Assembly: GCF_006345805.1 (NCBI RefSeq) | Contig: NC_043006.1 | Coordinates: 35,030,001-35,094,000, forward strand | DNA from: Octopus sinensis | Taxonomy: Eukaryota | DNA length: 64,000 nucleotides | Direction: 5' to 3' | In this document: positions 1-11,340 of the stretch, in pieces | Position numbering within the stretch: position 1 is the first letter of the stretch | How the letters are laid out: each line of letters begins with the position of its first letter | Position numbers and translations under genes: made by a program | The notes under the pieces: model-generated | Seen by the model: the letters and a program-made list of their open reading frames with translations, nothing else | Told to the model about the DNA's origin: nothing | Databases searched by the model: none

Positions 1-170
1 AACTTTGATGCCCTAAGCATATGCTTTTCTTTGGTTATTGGTTAATCCAGTGCTGATCCCAATCATTCATCGAAAAGTTAAAAGTGGAGTCAATGGGTTG
101 GTAGTTGGCAGGGGTCTCAGACATTGGCCCCAAGGTAGGAAAACAGTCTAATTACTTCTAAATCTTCCAA

Positions 171-403
171 ACCCCGAAAGGATGAAAGACAAAGTCGACC
201 TCGGCGGAATTCGAACTCAGAACATAAAGACAGACGAAATACCTATTTCTTTACTACCCACAAGGGGCTAAACACAGAGAGGACAGACAAGGACAGACAA
301 ACGAATTAAGTCGATTACATCGACCCCAGTGTGTAACTGGTACTTAATTTTATCGACCCCGAAAGGATGAAAGGCAAAGTCGACCTCGGCAAAATTTGAA
401 CTC
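171..403 (-). mobile_element. tRNA-derived SINE (family 1), partial head-to-tail dimer
   Basis: Two copies of 'accccgaaaggatgaaagNcaaagtcgacctcggc..aat..gaactca' (reverse complement contains B-box-like GAGTTCRAATT). Same family recurs at 29105, 55973, 58157, 61050. Confidence 0.85.
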
Positions 404-1109
404 ATATACGCTCACACACGCACTCATACATAAATATACGTATAAATTGTAGATGCATACACATTCACACACACGCACATACACACACACACTTGCAAAA
501 CAAATCCATGAGCTATACACACAACTTATAACACAAGCGCAAATTACATTATTCATACGCAAATTGCAAGACACGCATAAACTACCAGAAAGTTACACGC
601 ATAACAAATACAACAGACACACCCGCACACAGTTAAGCGCGCGCACACAGTTAAGCGCGCGCACACACATATTCAAACAGACGAACGGCCATTAGCTCAC
701 AAGTCTGCTTGTTATGAATTTAACTATACAAATGTAATTACTTTTACAGATTTATTAATCAGTTTTGAGTGGATTTTTCTATTTTGGAACATATATTTTT
801 AAAAAAGCAGCTTTCAATAAATGCTTTCATTCTATTGGAAGAAATTATATGGAATTTGTAAATAATAAATAACTTTTTTTATAAGCGCTGCATGCGTGCA
901 TTTGTGAATGAGAGGCGAATAAATGAATTTATATGTAAATTCTATATTTGCATATCTGTGCTGCCCTTACTCGGTGATCCGTCTTTGGACGCTTTCATAA
1001 GCATAAACGTTTGTAGTTCGTTTTGAAATTTAGAATTCGAAGTTATTAATAATTCTTTCTACTATTCTCTCATTCTGTTATTCTATTCTTATTTTACTGG
1101 TTTCGTGTA

Positions 1110-1290
1110 ATTTTGACTGTGGCCATGCTGGAGCACCGCCTTTTAGTCGAAGAAATCGACCTCTGGGACTTATTCCTTGTAAGCCTGGTACTTATTCTAT
1201 CGGTCTCTTTTTCCGAACCGCTCAGTTACGGGGATGTAAATACACCAACATCGGTTTTCAAGTAGTGGTGGAAGGAAAAACACAGACACA
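1110..1290 (-). mobile_element. SINE 3'/central portion (family 2)
   Basis: 'gactgtggccatgctggagcaccgcc...ttacggggatgtaaatacaccaacatcgg' is homologous to 37320-37490. Confidence 0.7.
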
Positions 1291-1317
1291 AACACACAAA
1301 TATATATATATAGTTGA

Positions 1318-1470
1318 AATTTGCAGAAAAACAAAAGACGAAGACAGGTTTATGAACAACAAGCAGGTGTATTAGTTTGACGCCCGGGAAAGTGAGAAAG
1401 TTCTTTACGTTTCGAGCCTACGCTCTTCAACAGAAAGGAATATGAGAAAATAAACAGAGAGAATAAAAAG
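1318..1470 (-). mobile_element. Short interspersed repeat, Penelope-like terminal segment with hammerhead-like motif
   Basis: Homologous, in opposite orientation, to 35260-35400. Reverse complement contains CTGTTGAA-GAGC-GTAG-GCTC-GAAACGTA. Confidence 0.5.
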
Positions 1471-1514
1471 AACTTGTGGATCTAGCGATCAATCAATCAT
1501 GGCGACGACAGGCT

Positions 1515-1648
1515 TCTCTTAGTTTCTGTCTACCAAATCCACTCACAAGGATTTTGTCCTCCCGAGGCAATATAGTAGAAGATAGTTGCCCAAGGTATCA
1601 CGCAGTGGGACTGAACCCGGAACCATGTGGTCGAGAAGCAAGCTTCTT
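1515..1648 (-). mobile_element. tRNA-derived SINE (family 3), 3' part; split by the 1649-4089 insertion
   Basis: Joins 4090-4125 to rebuild a complete head matching the uninterrupted plus-strand homologue at 6759-6920. Confidence 0.85.
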
Positions 1649-4089
1649 TATTTCATTACATTTGCCATAAAGGCAGTACATAGAGTAAAGTAGCTTTGCG
1701 GGCTGGACGAGGACATTAATGAAATGAATGATAATGAAAGAAAGATGATAAGGATGGGAGAAGACAAAAAGCGCCCGCCGACTTCTGCTTCTCTAAAACA
1801 TTGTTCTTCAAAACCAAACACAAAACAAGGTATTAAACCTCTTACAACTTTTACAACTTTTCAATTTTTGGACTTAACAGTCCATTACAAACAACAACAT
1901 AGTTCAATAATTACATATAATATAAATACAATACACAAAGCCCCTCCTCCCAGACCTGGCTTACACTTCCCTTAGGAATGCGCCAGCTCTAGGTCGGGGC
2001 CCCTCAAGTCGTATCTAAACATGTCCTATCAAACATAAAAAATACATTATCACTTCTCCCTTCCTCCTCTTTCCGGACCTCCAGTCAAATATCTAGCCGC
2101 CTGCAGAGCAGACCACTTTGACAGCCGGGGAGTTCAGAAAGAAAGCAAAGTGCCTATTATCAAATGTTTGTGTCACACAGTGCCACCATTTGTGACTCAT
2201 CCTCAAAATAACTTGTGCCCGCATCCTCTGCCATCCTCCACGCCTCTTCCAAAACCGCATCGAGTTCCGTGTTAGCGTTGCCCGTGTACAAGCGATATTC
2301 CTCATTGAGCTCCTCCAGCTCAAACGTCACGTCGAACGTCGTGGCCTCCACAGCTATCTGCGCAGGCCATTCGGGGTCCTGTGTGAAGGCTGAAGGTGCT
2401 CCCTTATGGTGCCTTTCCATCACCTTTTCAATCTCTCCGCCTCTATGGAAGAAGATCAATACATCGTCTTTTCACGGGGGCGGGATATTCAATTCTTTCA
2501 TTGGCGGCACAGTTCCCGCCAACGGTGTTTCTTCTGTCGGTGGCACAACCCCAACCGACGTAGTTCCGGGACATTCCGGTACTATGTCACCGACTGCCGG
2601 CAATGTCCCGTTTCTCTTCCTCTTCCTCTTTTTTTTTTCTTTTCAAATGAGGGAGGGTGCGTCTCCTCCGTGGCCGGAAGATTCGCATTTCCCTCCTCAT
2701 CCCTAGGATCCTTTGGTGAGCATCCATTGTTGTTCACCTTCTTCCTCTTTCGGCCCCTGTTTGAGGAGTCCTCCGCTTCCTCGGCCGTCTTCATTCCCTC
2801 TTCTACAGGGGTTTCACTTAACTGCTCCGGGATCTTATTTTGTTCCCGGGTACAGTTTTTCTTTATATGGCCAGACACCAGGCACCGATGACACCTGGGG
2901 GCGACCCTCAAGTATCACCGGGTACCTGCACCCGGCCATTTTCAAAAAATCTGGAAAAACCAGATTGGCTGACTGGGTCCAAAGGGTCAAAATTGCTTTT
3001 GACCCAACCCAAACAGCCGCAGGAAGAACTTTCACATTAAGAAGCTTGGTCCCGCTGCCACCCAGACCCCGGAGGATAGTCTCCTCTATCCACTCGGGTT
3101 TTATACCGGGTGGCAGCCCGCAGATCCAAGCTTTCGTCAACCTCTTCCCATGATACGTGGGAAGAAATAAAATTTCCTTACCCTCCAGGGGTTGACTAGC
3201 AAATTTGCAAGCCTCTTCAGGGATGTCAAATAGCAACCACACCGTTGCATATCTGACACCCCTGGAAATGAATTTAATTGTTGGCAAATACTCTGCCAAC
3301 TCCTTTTCAATTGCCGTCTTTTCGAATAGGGCGATGATGTCGAGTGCCTTGGAGTAGGTTCTCAACACCACCGTCCTATCTTCACGGTCTTTTAACCACT
3401 TTTTAGGTGGTATAATCTCCCATTCCAAAATTTTGTCATTTTTCATTGCCATGTTTCTTTTTTCTTTTTGAAATATATTCAAAATAAAACTTAAAAAGCG
3501 AGAAGAAAAAAGAAATCAAAAGAAAGTCACAATAAACAAAAAGGAGAAAGTCAAATAAAGTTTAGAAGAAAGTCAATAGTTCAGGAACATAGCAAAAAAA
3601 TCTACCGGCCATTCGGTACTCCCGGCCTAGGTTGAACCCGGAACGCCACAACTGGAACACAACTTCCACAAAAATTGATATACAAATTGTTCAATCTTCG
3701 GAGGCAAAACACTCCCCCATACAGCAGTTCTCACAATTATTAAAGTTCTTCAAAAGGCACAATACAAGCAATAATTCTCATAATTAAGTGAGAAAAATAT
3801 TCACTCAACGTAAACCGAAGACGAGGATACGCCCCACCAAAAATGAATCCAATAAATTCTCAATACACAAAAACAGCAGCCGCCGAGAGCAGGCGAAATT
3901 GTCCCAGAGCTGGACACAATTTACTGAAAAAATAATTCACACGCAATAAATTATGCCCAGCTCACAACAAACAAAATCACCTACCTCGACAACCTTCTCT
4001 GTTTTTGTTCTTTTTTCTTTTTAGGACGGAGCTCAAGGCTCACGTCCTCACCGTTCAGTGTCAAGAAGTCAACTCCACGACCGGAACCG
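1649..4089 (-). mobile_element. ORF1-only (half-LINE/HAL1-like) non-autonomous Tx1-related retroelement, 14-bp TSD
   Basis: TSD gaagcaagcttctt at 1635-1648 and 4090-4103. ORF1 is homologous to ORF1 of copies A/B (YHGxRxTK, EGRxxRCxxCxxxxHxxxxC). No endonuclease or RT sequence is recognisable. The 3' end reads AATAAAGAA into the TSD. Confidence 0.8.
2160..3452 (-). pseudogene. LINE ORF1 (RRM-like region, CCHC zinc knuckle, acidic C-terminal domain), disrupted
   Basis: ORFs 2835-3482, 2582-2911 and 2160-2459 join through frameshifts in homopolymer runs (G5 near 2897, T-run near 2630) plus one TGA near 2473. Zinc knuckle CHRCLVSGHIKKNC. Confidence 0.8.
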
Positions 4090-4125
4090 GAAGCAAGCTT
4101 CTTACCACACAGCCACACCTGCGCC
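4090..4125 (-). mobile_element. 5' part (A-box side) of the split family-3 SINE
   Basis: Reverse complement ggcgcaggtgtggctgtgtggtaagaagcttgcttc; compare 6759 gggcacggacgtggctgtctggtaagaagttttcttc. Confidence 0.85.
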
Positions 4126-4149
4126 TATAAGCACAATTTTTTTTTTCGT

Positions 4150-4500
4150 GGGGGTGACTGGTCAATTACGTGGTATCGAAAGGACGGAAGGCAAAATCGA
4201 CCTTTGTCGCATTCGAAAGCAGAACGTTAAAGTCGGACGAAATTACCGCTAAGCATTTTGTCCAGCATGCTAAACATTCTGCCAGTTCATTACATTTAAA
4301 ATTATAAATAATAACATATAAATATTGGTTTCGTATTTTAGTACAAGGCCAGATATTTCGGAGCCGGGGTAAGGCGATTATATTGACCCCAGTGCTCAAC
4401 TGGTTATTATTTTATCGACCGCGAAAGGATGACAGGCAATTTTTACCTTGGCGGAACATAAAGACGTATGAAACACCGCAAAAATTGTTGCTCGGCTCGC
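4150..4500 (-). mobile_element. Two degenerate family-1 SINE fragments
   Basis: 'gaaaggacggaaggcaaaatcgacc', 'accgctaagcattttgtcc', 'gaaaggatgacaggcaa' match the family-1 pattern. Confidence 0.6.
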
Positions 4501-4922
4501 TACCGATCCTTCTAGCGCGCCGCTTTAATAGCATATAATTGTTGAGTTAAAAAAAAATTTATTGTATTAAAAAAATAGAGGGTTGCTCAAGGAGCAAAAA
4601 CCCGCAATCTTTGTAAGCATGAGAGGTGTTCTACCATTGGACCAAAGTAATACTTCGAATTTCACACTTCATTTTAGAAGCTTTGTTCTTCCCATTAAGA
4701 GACGTGACACAATTCGTTTTAACTGCAAAACTCGAAATAGATAAAGCTATAAATGATAGTGTGTGAATATTGATTGGAAAAACCTTTTGGATAGAAAAAG
4801 TCGAAGGTTGTCAAAAACGGTTTTAACCTAATGTTATTATATCTCCTTCCAGTTCTACGGTTTAAATTGAAATATTTCCCGTTTCCCGAAAGTTTTAAGT
4901 CCTTGTGACGTAAACATCAGTT

Positions 4923-5016
4923 TGTATGTATGTATGTATGTATGTATGTATGTATGTATGTATGTATGTATGTATATGTGTGTATGTATCTGTGTGTGTG
5001 TGTGTGTGTGTGTGTG
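4923..5016. repeat. (TATG)n + (TG)n microsatellite
   Basis: Direct reading. Confidence 0.95.
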
Positions 5017-5232
5017 TACGTGAGGACGTATGGCCTAGTGGTTAGGGTGTTGCACTCACGATCTTAAGATTGTGGTTCTAATTTCTAGTCAGGGTGTTGT
5101 GGGTTACTGTACAGCATGTACATTTGATCACTATATAAACAAATGATATGTGCAGGTTGTTCGGCAAAGTCTGAACTCCCATACGTCATCTTCGGCCTAT
5201 GAGTCCATCATAAACACACACACACGTATATA

Positions 5233-5531
5233 ACGATAACGATATATGTCGTCCTTTTCAAGCCTAGCCAGGCACATGGGCCCAGTTTCCCGGTTTCTGT
5301 GGTGTATGTGTTCACCCCAGGTGGACGGGACGCCAGTCCATCGCAGCGTTACTCAAGAAACAGGAAGAGAGAGTGAGAGAAAGTTGTGGCGAAAGAGTAC
5401 AACAGGGGTCGGTACCAACCCCTGCCGGAACGTCGTGGAGCTTTTAGGTGTTTTCGCTCAATAAACAAACACAACGCCCGGCCTGGGAATCGAAACCGCC
5501 GAACACACACACGTATGGGCCATTGCGCCTC
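5233..5531 (-). mobile_element. tRNA-derived SINE (family 4 head, tail type b), 16-bp TSD
   Basis: TSD cacacacacgtatata at 5217-5232 and 5532-5547. Head GGAGGCGCAATGGCCCA...GGTTTCGATTCCC. Confidence 0.85.
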
Positions 5532-6147
5532 CACACACACGTATATATTCACCTAAAAAAGTTGTTCATCACATCGCTCAATCTTTCTCAGTATTTGTAT
5601 ACAAAAACATGTGAGCGACCCTCCTTTCTACACTTCTTACAACCACGTAACGCAGTCGACCCAATGACAGACAGAGAGAAGAAGAGACTCAAGTCCTTAT
5701 TCATCGAATCATCGACCGACCTCGCAAAGCAACTGATCCAACACGTTAACAGCTTTACCAATTCGCCAACAAAAATGCAAATTAACTCTATATAATAAAA
5801 CTTATCGGTTTCTTTCTATTCTGAATATAGACGTTGTCTAATATCAGCAAGGGGATAAAAGATAAATTAGTCATTCGGTATCACTTCATTTGACTATGAA
5901 ATGATGTTAGTGACCTCGTATCTCATCTCAATTTATTGGTAAAAAAAAATAATAAATAAAATCTGACGAAACTAGTGATCTACTGCGTCTTCCAAAATTA
6001 AGCTTTCATCTCTCCTTTTAAATATCATTCTTATTTCCCTTCTGGTTCCTCTATCTCACCCCACTGTTTTATATCTCATATCTTTTGTTCCATCCGATTA
6101 ATCATTTCGCTCCCGTCCCAAACCCTTCTCTGTCTTCGCCCGACCCA

Positions 6148-6178
<31 letters not shown>

Positions 6179-6226
6179 GCCGCGCGCTGTAAGTGTATGT
6201 ATGTGTGTATAAATGAATGTCTTATG

Positions 6227-6258
<32 letters not shown>

Positions 6259-6480
6259 ACTAGATATAGATATAGATATAGACATAGATAGATATATACA
6301 TATATATATATATATATGTAGAGAGAGGGGCGATAAGTGAGACTGGGGGAAGGAGAAAGACATAACTTATCAGCTCGTCTATTTTCCTGTAAGTGGGAAC
6401 ATATGGGTGGCACATAAAAGACAATGCTAATGATAGAATATTTTCATAACAAACAAACACATATACACTATATATTCATA

Positions 6481-6920
<440 letters not shown>

Positions 6921-7193
6921 TTATATATAGATGTGTATGCCTGTGTGTGCGTGTGTGTGTGTGTGATAGATAAATATATAGATATGTATGAATATGCGTA
7001 TATATGTGCGTGTGTGTGTGTCTGTGAGTCTTAGCCAATAGGTATGTAGCTATCTAAAATATATATTCATTCTTCTTAGGTCCACATTTGATGACGTCTC
7101 GAGTGTGGGGCATGGGGTATCGTTGAAACGTTTGACGTGCTTTTGGCACTTTCAAGCTGTTGGAGCCTCGCTGCCCATATCTGAATAGTAACG

Positions 7194-7245
<52 letters not shown>

Positions 7246-7669
7246 GAGAAAGAGAGAGAGAGAGAACGAGAGAGAGGGGGAGAAACGGAAGAGAGGGTAG
7301 TTTCTGAATCAACCTCAATCGTGGGCCGATGCTTAAGAATTACCCCTCGAAATGATCAAAGGCAAATATTCTTTCGGCAGGGTTCAAACTCCGAAGCTAA
7401 TAATGGAAGACCTACTATCTCACGTTCTACTAGCTCTAAGGCAGCAAAAAAAAAAAAACGAATAAAGAAAACAGAAAAAAATTATAGTTAATGAAGAGCA
7501 AGAGTAAATGGAACGAAATAGTAATAAAGCACGTCCACGGTTTTAAGTTGGATATGTTACGTGGAACCAGAAGAAAAATGATATGCTCTGTTGTGGGAAT
7601 CAGTTTTTCTCTGAACACCAATGTGGTTGGAAAAGTAGAGCAGAAAGAGGACATCTATGAACTACTATT

Positions 7670-8051
7670 GGAAGCACTCCGTCGGTTACGACGACGAGGG
7701 TTCCGGTTGATCCGAATCAACGGAACAGCCTGCTCGTGAAATTAACGTGTAAGTGGCTGAGCACTCCACAGACACGTGTACCCTTAACGTAGTTCTCGGG
7801 GATATTCAGCGTGACACAGAGAGTGACAAGGCCGGCCCTTTGAAATACAGGTACAACAGAAACAGGAAGCAAGAGTGAGAGAAAGTTGTGGTGAAAGAGT
7901 ACAGCAGGGTTCACCACCATCCCCTGCCGGAGCCTCGTGGAGCTTTAGGTGTTTTCGCTCAATAAACACTCACAACGCCCGGTCTGGGAATCGAAACCGC
8001 GATCCTATGACCGCGAGTCCGCTGCCCTAACCACTGGGCCATTGCGCCTCC
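7670..8051 (-). mobile_element. Full-length tRNA-derived SINE (family 4 head, tail type a), 11-bp TSD
   Basis: TSD gaactactatt at 7659-7669 and 8052-8062. Head GGAGGCGCAATGGCCCAGTGGTTAGGGCAGCGGACTCGCGGTC..GGTTTCGATTCCC is tRNA-like. Confidence 0.9.
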
Positions 8052-9485
8052 GAACTACTATTAAGGCTTTTGTAACTCCAACACCCAAGATTTCATACCT
8101 ATTATTATTGGAATAACAGGATAGCTCCCTACATGTTTCGAGAAAAGTATGGCTGATGTTGGGTTCTTGGGAGTGAAATGCGACTTCTTAATTCATATGC
8201 TACTATAAATAAGGAAATCTGAGTGAGACAATGAAAATCTGCCAGAACTTCTTAAATTTTAAACGATGATGAATAAAAGAATGAAACGTTCCTTCATAAC
8301 CTTGATACCAAACAGGCAGCCGTTCAAAGTTAACTCAAAATCAAAAAGAGATAACGAAAACATTTATGCATTCGCACACACACATACATACAACGAAACA
8401 TACAGATCTGCACACGTATTGACTCTTGCACACATACACACATACAGTCACAGCTATCCTGTTGATATTGAATTTCCAATGAAGGAGCCTTGGATCTACA
8501 TTAGAAAGCTGCTCTTTGACCGCTGGCAGGAAATCTAGAAATAAAATTCAATAATACATACATTTACACACATACATACATATACACATGCATCTGTACA
8601 TTCATGCACATATATACACAAACCCAAATACTCATTTGTTCTATTTCTCCGACTTCCTCTTTTCTCTCGTTCTCTTTCTTATATTCTTTCCCTTATTTTC
8701 AGTTTCTTTCCTCGGTCTTTCACACTTTTGTCTAATCCCATCAAACAATCCCCAACACAACACCTTTCCCTGACCCTTGATGTATGTTTGTCGCCCTTCT
8801 CCTTCACCAGCTTCCCGTCCTTCCACATCGTCAAACTCTCTCAATCTAATCATCCGTTTTATATTATATTCCGCTAACCTTAAAGACGCTACTAATTACT
8901 TTAAAAGGACGTAGCTCTGTACTATAATTTTGCTGTCACTTTGAGAAATTCCAGCATCAGGATACAATCATTATCAGTCACTGAAAGTCAAACAAGGAGA
9001 TTAACTTTAAACATATGAAAGAATTCAATACGGTTCGCTATTCCAGGTTTGGAAATTTTCCATCTTGTACACACTTTCTTATAATACTAATTGAACTTCT
9101 CGATGATAATAGCAATATGTAAAGGTTAACAACAACATCAACAACAACAAGCATGCCTTTACAATATCCAGATATGTATCCGGTTGTTAGAAATAGCTAA
9201 CAGTTCGTAGTATATACATTCTAGGAATATTCAGATATATACAATAAGCGAAATGTTAACAATACACCTGATTTTAGCATTATAACTAGATGCTACATCT
9301 TGATGTTAATTGGATCCGGTGTTTCCAATATTCAGGTATTAGCATTCTCTAGATATACTAACAATAAACGATAAACAGATATGTCAGCGATATCGGTTAT
9401 ACATGTGGAGTGTATGTTTGTACGTCTGTGTATGTTTATCTGTAAACACGTATGAGTTTATAGATTTACAGAAGTATGCACTGTA

Positions 9486-9530
<45 letters not shown>

Positions 9531-9684
9531 GTGTGTGTGTGTGTATGTGTGCAGGTGTATGTCTTTATGATTCTTTCGATGTGCCATTTTAGTATACATA
9601 AGTTTGTGCTTGTGAATGCGATCACAAACATGTGTAGCTATTTAAGAATATGTGTTGTATTCTAAAAGCTATTATTATTGATTC

Positions 9685-9810
9685 GTGAGGGCGCTTTGGC
9701 CAGTGGTTAGGGTGTTGTACTGACAATCGTGAGATTCATGGTTCCAATTCCTGGACCGGGTGCTGGGTGTGTTGTGCTTTTGAACAAAACAATTCATCTC
9801 ATGTTGATCT
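9685..9810 (+). mobile_element. Degenerate tRNA-derived SINE head
   Basis: tggccagtggttagggtgttgtac...ggttccaattcctggaccggg; similar head at 5020-5100. Confidence 0.55.
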
Positions 9811-10542
9811 GCGATCGCATCGATACAAGGATGCGACGAAAAATACAACTTCCGAAATTGGTAACCAAGAATCGATATTTTGTTGCGAATTAGGCTAAAA
9901 AGGAAAGTGTATAAAGAACTTTGCGGTTAAATAGTTTCTCAGACTCTGCAACGCAATTGAAAAATTTTTAAATCGCTAATTTTGGTAAAATTTGGTATTT
10001 CATGGTCAATAAGTCATAAGGAATACCTATTTCTACCAAGAAGAATGCATTATCAATAAATAGAGTTTCCTTATAAGGTTGCAACCCAAATATCAATATA
10101 ATTAACGAAGATCTTAAAGTTCTGCATTGACTATAAAGAGATCTGGAGTGAAAACTTCTCCCCTGCGTCCCTGCAATGGTCGTTGCATGTGGACGTACGT
10201 CGTACCCGTGTGAATTTTTCTGCTTTGTACCTTGACTCTTGTCCATTGTATTAAAATTAATGATCGTGTTAAATTTAGCGTTGTTTACATTTAATGATGA
10301 CTCATAAGCCAATAACGCATCACGATATTGAATGCCCAATATTTCGTACTCCATGGTATCTCAGCGAGCAAGTTTTGCCAACTTACAAGGACGTACTAAA
10401 ATGTGTTTTATTTGAACGAGAAAAGGGAAAGAATGTAGTTAATAAAGACGTTTCAATTAATCAAAATTTTCAAGATTGTAGCAGAAACATACTCAACACA
10501 TAAACTTTTTCACGCATAAACGTCCATAAATACGTTTACATG

Positions 10543-10628
<86 letters not shown>

Positions 10629-10630
10629 CA

Positions 10631-10664
<34 letters not shown>

Positions 10665-10769
10665 CATACATACATACATAGATGGATAGAGAGAGAGAGA
10701 GCGAGAAAGAGAGAGAGAGAAAGAGAGAGACAGACAGACAGATATTCAGACAGACAGACAAATGAATAG

Positions 10770-10852
<83 letters not shown>

Positions 10853-10893
10853 GATGGATAGACAGATAGATAGAGAGAGAGAGAGAGAAAGAG

Positions 10894-10945
<52 letters not shown>

Positions 10946-10946
10946 T

Positions 10947-11030
<84 letters not shown>
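10543..11030. repeat. Long compound (GATA)/(CATA)/(GA) microsatellite, 3' flank of Tx1 copy A
   Basis: Direct reading. Confidence 0.95.
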
Positions 11031-11031
<1 letters not shown>

Positions 11032-11340
11032 CTTTCTTTTATTAGCCACACAGGGCTGAATACAGAGGGGACAAATACAAATGTAGAGCTTTTCTTTCCG
11101 AGGGTGGAAAATAAAAAGGAAAATAAATGTATGATTTCGATCAAAAGGGATCGAGAGGAAAAATAAAAACAAATAAAGAAACGTGTATCACAGAAGCACT
11201 TTTTTTAAAGAAACATTTATAAAACAAGATTAGGTTCATCCGTGGGAAGAAAAGCCTACAGAAAAGACCACGGGAACCTCAGTCAGGGAGGAAATAACCA
11301 CATGAGAGCAAAATGCTCTCTCTCTCTCTCTTTTTATGAT

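Noticed and set aside
623-664. 18-bp tandem duplication gcacacagttaagcgcgc
   Set aside because: Ordinary local slippage within a CA-rich tract.
2215-3153. Plus-strand ORFs of 163, 161 and 146 aa
   Set aside because: Antisense shadows of the minus-strand ORF1.
5448-5795. 115-aa ORF ending MTDREKKRLKSLF...
   Set aside because: Begins inside a SINE; no recognisable domain or convincing splice pair.
7980-8051. tRNA gene
   Set aside because: The tRNA-like head continues into a SINE body with a TSD, and the cloverleaf is imperfect.
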